A DNA stretch of 64,000 bases, from the NCBI GenBank assembly GCA_001661245.1, contig KV454014.1, positions 351,559 to 415,558 of the forward strand, read 5' to 3'. Source of the stretch: Pachysolen tannophilus NRRL Y-2460 (taxonomy: Eukaryota). The notes beneath the pieces are model-generated. The model worked only from the letters and a program-made list of their open reading frames with translations. It made no database searches and was not told where the DNA came from. Every line of letters starts with the position of its first letter. Positions within the stretch are counted from its first letter, which is position 1. Positions 11,021 to 23,206 of this stretch are shown here, in pieces. Both the position numbers and the translations under genes were made by a program.

Positions 11021-11427
11021 ATTAAGAATAGATCTATCATCTAATGAACATGGAAACTGTAATAATCCAGATCCTGGTACCTGAAACCTTGAAATTAAAT
11101 TGATTTTATTTATTTCTTTTTTGTTGTAAAATTAATGCAAGTTAAGAAATAAAAAAAAAGATTTTTTTTTTTTGGCTTAAAAAAAAAGGTAGCTTCTTTT
11201 TTTCTTTTTATTTTAATTTATTTTATATATATAAATAAATATATATATATATAAAAAGTTGATATAGTTTATAGAGTTGATAGGCTTGCTTTTAGAAGGC
11301 TTTATTGTGGTTTTGCTTTTCTTACGTTTATATATCTATCTTTATATATTTGTATAACTTTTTCTTTTTTTTTTTCTTTTTTCTTTTTTCTTTTTTCTTG
11401 TGTTTTTTTTTTTATTTTTTTTTTTGT

Positions 11428-12711
11428 ATGATGTCAGCGGTTATTGTTACATCTAATGATGGTGATGGTTCCAATTCCAATTCCAATTCTAGAATCACTT
11501 CAACGCAGAAAAGAGGTAATGTTGCTTCATTGAAAGATGAAAATTTAACAGCCATTGATACTTTTGGTAATGTTTTCAATGTACCAGATTTTTCAATTAA
11601 AGATATTTTACAACTGATTCCTAAAGAATGTTATAAAAGAAGCGCGGTTAAATCTTTAAGTTTTGTCTTAAGGGATATTTTACTGATGGTTACTATTGGT
11701 TCTATTTCATATAATTATATTGAATTGATTCCTTGGAAGTTTGCAAGGTTTTGTTGTTGGGCATTAAATTGTTGGTTATTAGGTCTTTTTGGTACTGGTT
11801 TATGGGTATTGCTGCATGAATGTGGTCATCAAGCTTTTAGTGATTATGGATGGTTAAATGATACTGTTGGTTGGATCTTACATTCTTATTTACTTGTTCC
11901 ATATTTTTCATGGAAATTTAGTCATGGTAAACATCATAAAGCAACAGGTCATTTAACAAGGGATATGGTTTTTGTTCCACTGACAAAAGATGAATTTTTA
12001 GCTGCAAGAAATGTTTCTCATTTAGCAGAATTGGCTGAAGATTCTCCAATAGTTGCTCTTTATGAATTATTGGCCCAACAATTAGGTGGTTGGTTAATGT
12101 ATCTTACTTCAAATGTTAGTGGTCAACCTTATTCTGATGTTCCATTTTGGAAAAAAAATCATTTTGTTCCAACAGCACCACTTTTTGATAAAAAAGATTA
12201 TTGGTTTATATGGTTATCAGATTTAGGTATATTATTACAATTTTTAATATTATATAAATGGGTTAATACTTTTGGATGGTTTAATTTTACAGTTTTTTGG
12301 TTTGTTCCATATATCTTGGTTAACCACTGGTTGGTATTTATCACTTTTTTACAACATTCTGATCCAACAATGCCTCATTATGAAGCAGAACAATGGACTT
12401 TTGCTCGTGGTGCTGCTGCTACAATTGATAGAGATTTTGGTTTTGTTGGTAAATACATTTTCCATGATATTATTGAAACACATGTTTTACATCATTATGT
12501 TTCAAGAATTCCTTTTTATAATGGAAGAGTTGGTACAGAACTGATTAAAAAAGTTATGGGAAAACATTATAGATATTCAAACGAAAATATGTGGAAAAGT
12601 TTATGGAAATCTGGAAGATATTGTCAATTTGTTGAAGGTGAAAATGGAGTCAAAATGTATAGAAACATTAATGGCTTAGGAGTAGCCCCTGCTGATTTAC
12701 AAAAAAAATAA
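11428..12711 (+). CDS. FAD2: Delta-12 (omega-6) fatty acid desaturase
   Basis: His boxes HECGH, HGKHH and HVLHH; HQAFSDYGWLNDTVGW. Real start is the ATG at 11428 or 11431; the upstream poly-Phe extension is a poly-T artefact. Confidence 0.93.
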   Translation: MMSAVIVTSNDGDGSNSNSNSRITSTQKRGNVASLKDENLTAIDTFGNVFNVPDFSIKDILQLIPKECYKRSAVKSLSFVLRDILLMVTIGSISYNYIELIPWKFARFCCWALNCWLLGLFGTGLWVLLHECGHQAFSDYGWLNDTVGWILHSYLLVPYFSWKFSHGKHHKATGHLTRDMVFVPLTKDEFLAARNVSHLAELAEDSPIVALYELLAQQLGGWLMYLTSNVSGQPYSDVPFWKKNHFVPTAPLFDKKDYWFIWLSDLGILLQFLILYKWVNTFGWFNFTVFWFVPYILVNHWLVFITFLQHSDPTMPHYEAEQWTFARGAAATIDRDFGFVGKYIFHDIIETHVLHHYVSRIPFYNGRVGTELIKKVMGKHYRYSNENMWKSLWKSGRYCQFVEGENGVKMYRNINGLGVAPADLQKK

Positions 12712-12778
12712 TCAATACAAATTTTTTTTAAATAAAGAAATTACTCGGATTTAGAACCTTTTTAATTCAAATTTCTTT

Positions 12779-12870
12779 ATATTATTATTATTATTATATT
12801 ATCATTATCATTATCATTATTATCATTATTTTCATTACTATTATTATTATTATTATTATTATCTATTATT
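12779..12870 (+). repeat. (ATT/ATC)n microsatellite downstream of FAD2
   Basis: Read directly. Confidence 0.8.
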
Positions 12871-13236
12871 ACTATGTTGTTATTTCTATATTATCATCAT
12901 CAGCCTATCCTTTTATTTCCCATTTCCCTCATTTTCCCCATATTTTTTTTTCTTTTTTTTTTTTTTTAGATCTAAACTTATTGCTTCAACCCTTTGTACC
13001 TTTTCACTCTTTTTTTTTATTTTTTTTTTTTTTTTTGAACTAAATTTTTAAAGTTTTTCCTTCTTCTAATCTAAATATATTCGAGAGAGACTTGATTTTT
13101 AAATATTTTTTAAAATTAATCTTTTAATCATCATCGCTCATACTACTGCTACTGAAAACAGAAATGTAAAAGAAAATCTCATCTCTTCGTGTTTTCTCTT
13201 TTGGGACTAAAAAAACGTTTAACGAAAAATTTTTGA

Positions 13237-13272
<36 letters not shown>

Positions 13273-13429
13273 GTTTTCTATAAACGGTTGAAGCCCTAAT
13301 TATAATAAGAAGACATTATTACTATTATTATAATATAATATTTAATACCCATATTTAATATATAATTTATCACTAATAAGTAGTTCTATCAATTCTACAA
13401 TTCCAATTCCTTATAGTTTGCTTTTAGTC

Positions 13430-14376
13430 ATGAATGAACAGGATTTGATTAACCATATTACATCACCCATTCTTTCTTCAATCGATGACGATAATCAAAG
13501 GTTAGAAGACAGGGAAAATGAAAAGGCTAGTTCTTCCTCATCGTTCATTAATACCTATAATAGTTTTCAACACCAACCACAGCCACTTCATTTGCAGTTT
13601 CAACATCAACAACAACAACAACAGCAGCAGCAGCAGCCATTTATAAGCACACCTGTGGCCACGGCGTTCAATAACACGAGTAGTTTATTGCTCTTGTCGT
13701 CGCCAGAGTTGAATGGTGGTAATAATAATCTTGGTAAAGCAGTTGAAAATTTTGGAAGTTTTTTGTCACCGCAGTTTGGAGAGTTGAGTATTGAAGATGA
13801 TGGGTTCATGTGTGGACCGACTCAGCAGCAGCAACAGCAGCAACAGCAACAAGGCCAAGGTGTTCTGCTGCCAGTTGCAGGCTCGATGACTTCATCCACG
13901 GCCAATACAGCTGCTACAGGACTAAGTTCTTACTTTGATAATAATCATGGTAGTAGTAATAATAACGGATTATCATCGCCGGTATCAAATAGTGGGTTTG
14001 GAGGTACAAGTAGCATGTTCCCGATTTTCTCGAGCTTACAGCAACATGATAACTTGATACATAGACCGTTATCTGTACAAGAGTTTACTACAAGCACTAG
14101 CAATAATAGTAATAACAGCAGTAACAATAATAATAGCGGTAATAGACAGCGTTTTACAAATTATCAACCTTCTACGTTACAACAACAACAACAGCTTTTT
14201 TTGAGTAGTGGTAGTACGGATAGTGGGAATTTTAATTCAGAATTGTTTGAATTCAAAATGTGGTTGGAGAAATTGAATTCAAGACAACAGTTGTACGTTG
14301 TTGATTTAATCCCGAAAACTATATCTACAGATAATTTGAAAATTTTGAAAAATAAGTTGGACTTAGCATTGCCACA

Positions 14377-14420
<44 letters not shown>

Positions 14421-14852
14421 AGCAACAGCAGCTGCAACCGGCTTCGTCGTTTAGCTTGAATGCAATTCCTAACCCTGACTATTTTGAACAACTGAGACCA
14501 AAATCTGCTGACATGATATACCATAAGCAGCAGCAGGATTTTCCCTCTCTGCAAAGGTTACAAAGACCAGCAGGAACCCCAGATTATACCAATAGTAATC
14601 ACATTGCAACACAATCAGTAGGTACTGGAACTATAGCTAGTAAAGGAAATAGGAACAGTAATAATAGTTCAAGTGCAATGGATTACAATCGGTCAACTTC
14701 ACCAATGAACTATGACGATTTAAACGGTCAAAATTTTTTGAAGTTAAAAGCATTGTTAACAATCCAATCTAGGGCAAAATTGGATAACGGTAAGAAGTTT
14801 GAAGAAAGAGGAAGATCGAACAATACTGCTAATCAAAGTTCGAGAGCTAATC

Positions 14853-14887
<35 letters not shown>

Positions 14888-15613
14888 GTCATTAATAGTG
14901 GTAAGGGAAATTTTGCTAATAACATCAATGTTAGTGGGAAGTACAAGACAACATCTGTCCCACCGCCAGCTTCAAGATCAAGTCTTCACAATGATATTGG
15001 ATCCCCACAATATAATGTTCATTCACAGATGAATAGAAATACAAGACCGGGAACACCTGGACCTCCTGGAACTAACACATCGTCTACAATGTCGACTAGT
15101 GCTACTCCCAATTCTACTGTGTTACCAGCTTCCTCTTTTTCTAACCAATCCCACGATAGTAGTAGCAACAAAGTATTAAATGATTCCTTGTTGAAACTAG
15201 CTTCGATAAATAATATTAAAAATCAGTCCGTTACAGATTTGGATTCAAATAAGCCAACTACACCTTTATCACTTCCTTCCACACCACAATATCCAACATC
15301 GTATTTCCAACAGCAATACTTTCACAATCCACGTCCTCAGCCGCAACTGCACCCAGAATTATCAAATCCTCCAAAATCTCCAATGCCATTAGAAATCACT
15401 TCATTGGAATTGCTAAATAATATTCCTCTGTGGTTGAAAACTTTAAGACTACATAAATATACAGATATCTTGTCAAGTCATGATTGGAAAAAAATGATCT
15501 ATTACGATGACGTAGAGTTGGAAAGAATTGGTATCAGTACAGTCGGAGCAAGAAGGAAGTTGTTGAAAGCATTTGCTATCGTCAAAGAAAGGTACGAAAG
15601 AGGTGAAATCTGA
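13430..15613 (+). CDS. VTS1: Smaug-family RNA-binding SAM-domain protein with a Q/N-rich N-terminus
   Basis: C-terminal SAM domain IP[CTG=A]WLKTLRLHKY...GARRKLLKAF, RPKSAD motif, polyQ/polyN tracts. First ATG at 13430. Confidence 0.92.
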
Positions 15614-15957
15614 TAAAAGAATTGAAAACATGTCAGGAACATTTTTTCAATTGAAACTTTTAATACTTAATTTTCTTTTTCTTTTTTTTTTTTTTGTTTT
15701 TATCTTTTATATAGATGTATATTCGATATCTTTGTAATACTTATTTTCTTCTCTACCGATAATTTATCACATAACTCTCACTTTCACCTTCACCATAACT
15801 TTAACCTTCATCATTTTATTCATTTTACCCATCTTACCCAAATCGTTAGGCGGAGAATTTGCCCGCCTAGAACCGCCCTAATTTTGGGTGGAAAGTTCCC
15901 GCCAAAATTAGCGGGCAAATTAGGCTTAAAAAAGATAGGTGAAAAAGGTGAATGCAA

Positions 15958-15963
15958 ACGCGT
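15958..15963. promoter_or_regulatory. MCB element ACGCGT upstream of SLD3
   Basis: Exact MluI cell-cycle box 42 bp before the first ATG (16005) of a replication-initiation gene. Confidence 0.55.
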
Positions 15964-16004
15964 CTATTAAACATTTAAGTACAAGACAAAACCATCATGA
16001 GAAT

Positions 16005-18917
16005 ATGAACCATATTACCTCCAAAGAGGCTAGTGACAGTAATGAGGGTGATGGTGTTGTTGAAACCAATGATATGATTGTGGAGCAGCTTCCGAAATCA
16101 TTTAAGGTGGTTCCTAGTTCGTACAAGTCGAGATTGACTCCGTTATATATTACACCAATAAGACCATTTAAAATTCTGCTTAATTACTTGGATGAAATTT
16201 TGTCTAATACATTCAGCAACTCAAATCAGCATATAACGTTACTTCGTTTGGATAAACTTACGGACATGCATTGGAAACGGGGTTCCTCTCAGTGGACATA
16301 TTATGTAAAGATACAGAAAGACAGCGGTTCGACACCGTCGTATAAGTTAGGAATATTGTTTAATGTTCTGGATGATAGTTGGGGAATATATTACTTGAAT
16401 AAAGAGTTGAAGTTGAAAATTTTTAAATGCCTTGAACAAGAAAGCAACAAAGATGTTGAAAATGCTAATTTTTTTGTAAATAAAGGTAAAGAAGAATTGG
16501 TGCCCATCGATGAGAAAGATTTGAAAATTAATATGGACATCGATTTATTAGGATTTAATATGTCACCACCATCAAGCCAATTACGTTTGAAACCAGGGTC
16601 TGAACTTACAGAGAAATTGGAGATGACTAATATTAACACTCCTTCTACCTCAGAGGAAACTAGTTCGTTGTCACCGTTAATGTATATCGAAGAAAAATAT
16701 TTTGCTACATTGTATAGTAATACGAACTTGATGTTCTTTGTGAAATCTTCATTTGCAAGGTTAAGATTTTTATGTGGTTCAGATTTAAATAAAGTTCAAC
16801 AAAGTTTATCACTGTTAATTATTGATATTGAGTTTTTGAAAAAAAAATATAATGGATCAACCAATTTTTTGACTCAAGATGATATTGGAATTAGTAAAAC
16901 TGAATCTTCATATAAAAGAAACTATTTAGTCAAACTTAATGTTTTAGAAACTGGGAAAAAAAATGATCATAGCTTAAAGTTGCTGCAAAATTCTTTGAAA
17001 ATAAGAGAAGTACAACTACAGATGCTAATGCTAATGGAATTACTAATAATTATTAACTCTAAAGAAGAAAAACAAAATGAAAAAATACAATTGCAACAAA
17101 CGGAAAGTGAAACAAAAAAAGAACAGAAGCAAACACAGATAAGACGCAAACCATCGTTAGTCCGAAGAAAGAGTCTGAAACTGAAGCAGAATTTAAAAAT
17201 GATTCCAACTTTATCAGGAACATTAGTTTCCATATATGAAAATGAAGCAGACACCTTAACTAATACCCAAACTAATGTCGCCTCTTTTTCAAATCAGTAT
17301 ATTGATGATATTGTACTATTAACAACTGATCTGATTACCATACAGATAAATAAGTATTTGGACTTGTTGATGGTACTCGAATCACTCTCATTTGAGGTGC
17401 CGATTATTTCATCTTCTAGTACGTCCTCGACCATCAATAATAGTGGTTCTGATACACCTTCTAATATCTTGGATTTTCTAACAAATATTATCATCCCTTA
17501 TTACTACAAGAAATTAACACCGTTATGCAAAAAGCTAATTTCAACTGTAAAAGGAGTTGGAATTAAAAGGAAACATAGATCACATAAAAAGGATAATCCT
17601 TCGAAGTTAGCTCCTCCTATAAAGTTGGCGGCTTCACTGGTTGACCTAAAAAGACAGCCTACAACAGTAAATGATGCCAATAGTTTTATGACATTATCAA
17701 GAGGGCATAGTCAGTTGGATGACTTGATGAATAACGATAATGATAAATTTAATAAAATCAACATGGAAAGAGGTAGAAAATTACCAACTTTGAAAAGATC
17801 ATCTTCAACGAAGCTTTTAGAAAAAAGAACTGTGGATTTGACAATTGGCCCTTCTGCTAGCACTAATATTAATACTTCTACCCTCAATGGAAATAATAAC
17901 AACAATACTAATAGCTTTGTACATCCTAGAGATGACTTTACCAAAGAGGAGACAAATTCTAAGAGTAAGAAGGGAATATTTGGTACCTCTATAATAACTA
18001 ATAACAACGATAATGGTAAGAATAACAATAAATCTGAACGGCAGTCGGTAAAGGAAATAGATGCTACACCTGTAAAAAAAGTTCAAGGTTTTACTTTTTC
18101 AAATAGTAAGATAAGTTACGGTAATATGAGTAATGGTAAGAGTTTCAATGACAAAATGTTGGAGATTGTATCAACACCTGATGATAAATTGACTTCCAGA
18201 AATAATATGGAGATTGTTAGTAGCACCAGCGCAGGCCACCACGATCGTCAAGAAGATGACGATAATAATAATATTCATTTAACTGAAAGAAGTAAAGCAC
18301 TTGGTAGATTACCAACATTTAAAATTCCTGTGGTGAAAACGAATAATGTTAATAGTAGCGGTGGTGGTCATCTGAGAGGGCAAAATTATGAAACGATTTT
18401 ATCGTCTTCTCCAATAACCCAGAGGATGAATACAAGTGGCAATAACTTGGAACCCCATACATCTACTTCAATAACATCACCCCCGATGCCATATACAAAA
18501 TCTTCTCCGGTGGCAGTACTGTCTAATCCGTCCCTGTTATCATCATCACTGTTACCGGACTCACGCGATAATAGTGACCACTTACTCATTGTTGGCAAGA
18601 GTAAAAAAAGAACTTTAAAAGCGTCATCTAAGTATAATAGTTTGAACAAGAAAACCCGCATTAGCACTTCTGCCGAACTGAAAAATCATTTTCATGAAAG
18701 CATGGATAAGTCTGATGACAATGAGTTAATTCCATCATTACCATTAATCAGTTATTCGAACAAGAGGGCGTCATTAACGAGACCAGGGCAACCTATATCT
18801 GTACTAGAGTCTCCTATGATAACTAGAAAGAAATTGATAGATGATAGACGGAAAGAATCATATGATGATAGAGAAATTTATGGATCACCTTCTCAAAGTA
18901 AGAAAAGAAAAACATAA
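16005..18917 (+). CDS. SLD3: DNA replication initiation factor Sld3
   Basis: Sld3 core motifs KYFATLY...FFVKSSFARLR and LKIREVQLQMLMLMELL; C-terminal region rich in S/T-P CDK sites; lies near TAF6 as in S. cerevisiae. Confidence 0.8.
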   Translation: MNHITSKEASDSNEGDGVVETNDMIVEQLPKSFKVVPSSYKSRLTPLYITPIRPFKILLNYLDEILSNTFSNSNQHITLLRLDKLTDMHWKRGSSQWTYYVKIQKDSGSTPSYKLGILFNVLDDSWGIYYLNKELKLKIFKCLEQESNKDVENANFFVNKGKEELVPIDEKDLKINMDIDLLGFNMSPPSSQLRLKPGSELTEKLEMTNINTPSTSEETSSLSPLMYIEEKYFATLYSNTNLMFFVKSSFARLRFLCGSDLNKVQQSLSLLIIDIEFLKKKYNGSTNFLTQDDIGISKTESSYKRNYLVKLNVLETGKKNDHSLKLLQNSLKIREVQLQMLMLMELLIIINSKEEKQNEKIQLQQTESETKKEQKQTQIRRKPSLVRRKSLKLKQNLKMIPTLSGTLVSIYENEADTLTNTQTNVASFSNQYIDDIVLLTTDLITIQINKYLDLLMVLESLSFEVPIISSSSTSSTINNSGSDTPSNILDFLTNIIIPYYYKKLTPLCKKLISTVKGVGIKRKHRSHKKDNPSKLAPPIKLAASLVDLKRQPTTVNDANSFMTLSRGHSQLDDLMNNDNDKFNKINMERGRKLPTLKRSSSTKLLEKRTVDLTIGPSASTNINTSTLNGNNNNNTNSFVHPRDDFTKEETNSKSKKGIFGTSIITNNNDNGKNNNKSERQSVKEIDATPVKKVQGFTFSNSKISYGNMSNGKSFNDKMLEIVSTPDDKLTSRNNMEIVSSTSAGHHDRQEDDDNNNIHLTERSKALGRLPTFKIPVVKTNNVNSSGGGHLRGQNYETILSSSPITQRMNTSGNNLEPHTSTSITSPPMPYTKSSPVAVLSNPSLLSSSLLPDSRDNSDHLLIVGKSKKRTLKASSKYNSLNKKTRISTSAELKNHFHESMDKSDDNELIPSLPLISYSNKRASLTRPGQPISVLESPMITRKKLIDDRRKESYDDREIYGSPSQSKKRKT

Positions 18918-19323
18918 CCAGAATTCATATATGTATATATGTATATATACGTCCACATCAAGCTACTGTAATAACAAATTTAATAGAATTAAAAGGCATA
19001 AATAATTTTATTCGTCATAAATAATGAATATGATAAAAAGCAAAAATAATTTCAATCTAAATTGAAAAGAAAGAAAAAACAAAAATAAAAAAAAACATGT
19101 AAAAACCAAAACTAATCATAAACTCATTTTTAAAAAGTCTTATAATAAAGAAATTGTCTCAAGCCATAAATATCATAATAAAGGTAATTCATAAATTAAT
19201 CGTTAAAAAAAATAAAAAAAAGTCAACTAAAACTTAATTAGTAGAGATTAATAGAGTAAAAAAAAAAATTAATATAAAATAAAAATTAAGGATTTGATTA
19301 TAAAATCAAATGTATATGTATAT

Positions 19324-20968
19324 TTAAAAATTTCTTCTCATATTTTTCATTTGGCACATATTAATATCGTCAGTATTCAAATTATTCAAATTGTCAATAA
19401 ATGGTTTGTAAGCACCATTGTCCAATTCTGCATCTTTCAAGCAAGTCTTTTTATAATATCCAACATCTCTGAAATAAGGACCATACAATTTAAGACACTT
19501 GAAATACAACATGATTCTCTCGTCTTTGTTTGCAAAACTAGACAAGTTTGAAGAAGTAATTGTTGCATTTTTAAAACATAACCAATCTGCGTTAGACAAA
19601 TACCTCATATTATTGTTATCGTTGAATTTAACCAATTCGGTAAAAGTCCTATAAATTTTTTCTGTTGAGACTTGTACATTTCCAAATGCCTTGATAAGAC
19701 ATCTATAAGCGACAACAGTCTTTGGAACATTGAACAAATCGTAAGCACTTTCAATACTTTCAAGAACAGAAACTTCTCTCCAAGCTGATGATTTTGTTAT
19801 CAAGTTATTCAAGAATGGTTCATCTAAAGGTCTAATCTTTGAATACCTTTCAATTAATTCTTTTAACAAGTTAAAACTAACTGAACCAAATGAATTATAT
19901 TTGGTAAAGAAAATAGTTAAAAATTTGTTATTTAAAGAAGCAGAAATAATGTTTGATAAATTTCTCTTAATTGCAAAATTTTCCCAAGTATTTAACCAAA
20001 TTTCAATAACTTTAAAAATATCCTTTGTTTGATTCCATGTATTTTCCAAATACAAATTAATATAATTTACTAATAATGGAGTTGGATAAGGCATTGATTT
20101 GGATCTAGCATTATCAAAGAAAATCTTGGCAGTTGGTAAATCATTACAATAACCAATAAATGATAAATGAGCATCAGTTAAATATGAAACATATGGTTTA
20201 TAGGTAAATGATTCCTGTTGTTGTCCTTCACCATAAAATAATTCTGTCAATTCAGTAAATAAATTAATAGCTTTATCCTTTTCATTATAAACCAAACATA
20301 CTCTTAAAAATCCCAAGATTAAAGTTGGATGAGCTTTATTAGTTTTAACTTCATTAAATAATTTTTCTAATTCATCAAATTTATAATATTTATTTTCAGC
20401 TAATAATGGGAAAATACTTCCCAAAACTTGATCATTTTTGAAAACATTTTTCAAAGATGGAATATTTCTACCCAATTCCCAAATATTTACAGCTTCTTCT
20501 TTTAATCTCATATCGATATAAGCATGTATTAAAGTTGAACATCCATGAGAATTTACAAGAATTTTTTGATCCAAAATATCTTGAGTAATAGCTCTAAAAG
20601 CACTTAATAAGAATTCATAAATCTTATAATTCAAAGAATTAACATCATCATAATCAGGTTTTCTTTCAAGGCCTTTCAATGCAAGTCTATTAAACCTTAA
20701 ACCATTTCTCAATAACATTATCAATGAAGCAACTCTATGTTCATTCAATTGTTGCAGTTCAGATAAATCTGAATAAAGCAGCATGACAGTTTCAACATTT
20801 TTTAAAAAAGATTCAGATGACATATATTCATTGGCAATAACTTTTTCTTTATTCAAATCATAACGATAATTCTTATTAGTAATTTCATCAAATTGTAATA
20901 ATTCATTACGGTATGGATTATCTTCAGCAATAATAAAATGATGATTTGGTCTATAATTATTATTATAA

Positions 20969-21003
<35 letters not shown>

Positions 21004-21222
21004 TCTATTATTATTTCTATTATTATTATTGTTGTTATATTGTCTATTCAGGCCATTACTACCAAAAATTACTTCATTATTATTAACCGCCGATTGCTCA
21101 ATATTTGTCAAATTTGACGATGGCGTTGTTGAATTGAAAAATCTAGTATTTTTCCCAACTAACTTGGTAGAAGTAGTTCTCTTAATAGCATTACCTGTAT
21201 TTGCACCAATCAATCTAAACAT
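19324..21222 (-). CDS. RMD9: Mitochondrial PPR-type mRNA stability factor Rmd9
   Basis: NGLR...RKPDYD, HLSFIG, SLNNKFLTIFF, DEPFLN, YLSNAD motifs; presequence-like N-terminus MFRLIG. First ATG at 21222. Confidence 0.88.
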
Positions 21223-21679
21223 ATCCAACGACCTGTGTATTCACAATATAACTATTTTTTTTTTTTTGGTAAAAATATTATAATTATTTAATCGAGGATA
21301 AATATTATTCTTTATAGTGAGAATTAAAATGAATTAAAATGCTCTCTCTATTAAAAGAAAAGAAATAAAAAAAAAAAAAACTTCTATGCTTTCGTTATAC
21401 GAGAAACAAAATCTTTAAATTAAAAATCTCTTTTTGAATATAGTATTTGTATTATTATTATAAACGATAAAGTCGGCAAAGTTCTTCTCTATCGGTTGAT
21501 GGAATAATGAATGATGAAATAAAATAAAAATAAAATAAAAAAAATAAAAAAAAATCTATTAAAATTATTATTAATCTTAGAAAATAAGAAATCTCATAAG
21601 AATATAAGCCTTTTAATCCAATAATTATATTTCTATAAAAATAAAAATTATTATTAAATAAATAACTATCAGTTGATGG

Positions 21680-21722
<43 letters not shown>

Positions 21723-22057
21723 GGGTTTCCTTGTACTCTTCTTTAAAGATGATGTGATTCGGTAAAAATTTTTTTTTATTTTTTTTAAGAAAAAAAAATT
21801 ACCAGATTTGCGCCATGTACACGACAATTAATTGGATCTGCTGCTGTACATAGCTGTAAAAGAAGGTGGAACGATTGATGATGATAATTTATTATCTATG
21901 GGCGGGAACCAACAGCGAAATGATGAGATGTATCTAAAAGTTTCAAAGGGTTCTAGAAGAAGTTCATTTTCATTATAGTTTTAATCTTAGGTAAGAACGA
22001 TCGATCAATCTACAAAAAATTTTATTGATATTATTATTAATTTTTTTTTCTCAAAAT

Positions 22058-22795
22058 TTATTTTGCTAATTTATTAAGATCAGTAGCATCAATTATCTTG
22101 ACTGAACCATCTGGATAATTTTTTGATTCATCAATGATTTTCAAGATAGCTCTACCTATTTCCTTATCACTTACTGGAGCCAAGGTGTAAGGTGCAAGAA
22201 ATGTATTATGGACCAATGAACCAAGAGATGAGGCTATAGATGCTGGTAAACCTTTTGATTTTTCGCGTTTACCTAATAATACTCCTGGTCTTAAAATAAT
22301 AGTTTTGTTAAATTTTAAATCAATTATTTCTTCTTCTAATTGACCTTTCATTTTTAAATATGGGAATTTAGATTTTGATGATGCCAGCATAGTAGAAACT
22401 AAGATATATGTTTGTATATTTAAATTTTTCTTGGCAATTTTAGCTAATTGTAAATTTAAATCATGATCAATTTCATATTGTCTTTCTAAACTTCCAGCCA
22501 GTGCTTTAGTTGTACCTAGACTTGAAATAAAAATTTTTAAATTTTCATTGCATAATTTTTCCATTGAATTAACCCAATTAATAATATTAGGCTCAATTAC
22601 TTCAGTTGTCTTTACATTAGGTATAAAATCCGGAACTTTCCTTCTTGTTAAAGAATAAACATTTTTAATTGTTTCCGAATTATTCAATTGAATTAATATT
22701 TCTTTTCCAACAAGTCCCGTAGAACCAACAATTAATACACTATTATCATCTGATGACATTGCGTAAATTAAATAAATTAATCTAATCAATACCAT
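22058..22795 (-). CDS. FMP52: Fmp52/TIP30-like NAD(P)-binding protein
   Basis: GSTGLVG, SSLGTTKA[CTG=A]AG, IDHDLN, YLKMKG, ILRPGVLLG. The start is either 22795 or the ATG at 22759. Confidence 0.88.
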   Translation of the reverse strand: MVLIRLIYLIYAMSSDDNSVLIVGSTGLVGKEILIQLNNSETIKNVYSLTRRKVPDFIPNVKTTEVIEPNIINWVNSMEKLCNENLKIFISSLGTTKALAGSLERQYEIDHDLNLQLAKIAKKNLNIQTYILVSTMLASSKSKFPYLKMKGQLEEEIIDLKFNKTIILRPGVLLGKREKSKGLPASIASSLGSLVHNTFLAPYTLAPVSDKEIGRAILKIIDESKNYPDGSVKIIDATDLNKLAK

Positions 22796-22970
22796 TCACA
22801 CTACAAAGATCCTACACCATCATCTTACATCAGGGTTTTTTTGCATTCTAACGCCACTCAATTCATTGTTAAGTTTGTCTTTTTTTTTTATTTAAAAGGA
22901 GGGTGAGAAGGAAGAACGAGAGAGATAGTAAGTGAATGGTGTGGGTGGTATGGGTGGTGTAAGAAAATAA

Positions 22971-23014
22971 TAGTGCAGGATGTAATGTAGGATGTGGTGC
23001 AGGATGTAGTGCAG
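22971..23014 (+). repeat. 12-bp tandem repeat (TAGTGCAGGATG, about 3.7 degenerate copies) in the FMP52/TAF6 divergent promoter
   Basis: tagtgcaggatg taatgtaggatg tggtgcaggatg tagtgcag. Confidence 0.8.
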
Positions 23015-23206
23015 TTCACACTCAATTTATATATTTTAAAGAACTAAATTTGCAGTATTAGTTCAAAGAATTATAATAAATATATAATAATACTAATAAT
23101 AATTAATTCAATCAATTTTTTAAAATCACATTGCTAAAATTAAATTAAATCAATTTATTTTCTTGTATTTTTTTCTTTTCTTTTTAGTTGGTGTTTTTAG
23201 TGTGAG

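Noticed and set aside
11305..11427. Phe-rich N-terminal extension of FAD2 (similar extensions on GUA1, PPT2, SLD3, ATX2, ATG26)
   Set aside because: Produced by TTG/GTG starts in the ORF track and by poly-T tracts; the first ATG is the plausible eukaryotic start.
11812..11814. CUG = Ser (Candida CTG clade) or a true Leu substitution in the FAD2 His-box
   Set aside because: Eight independent sites in six genes align with Ala rather than Ser or Leu.
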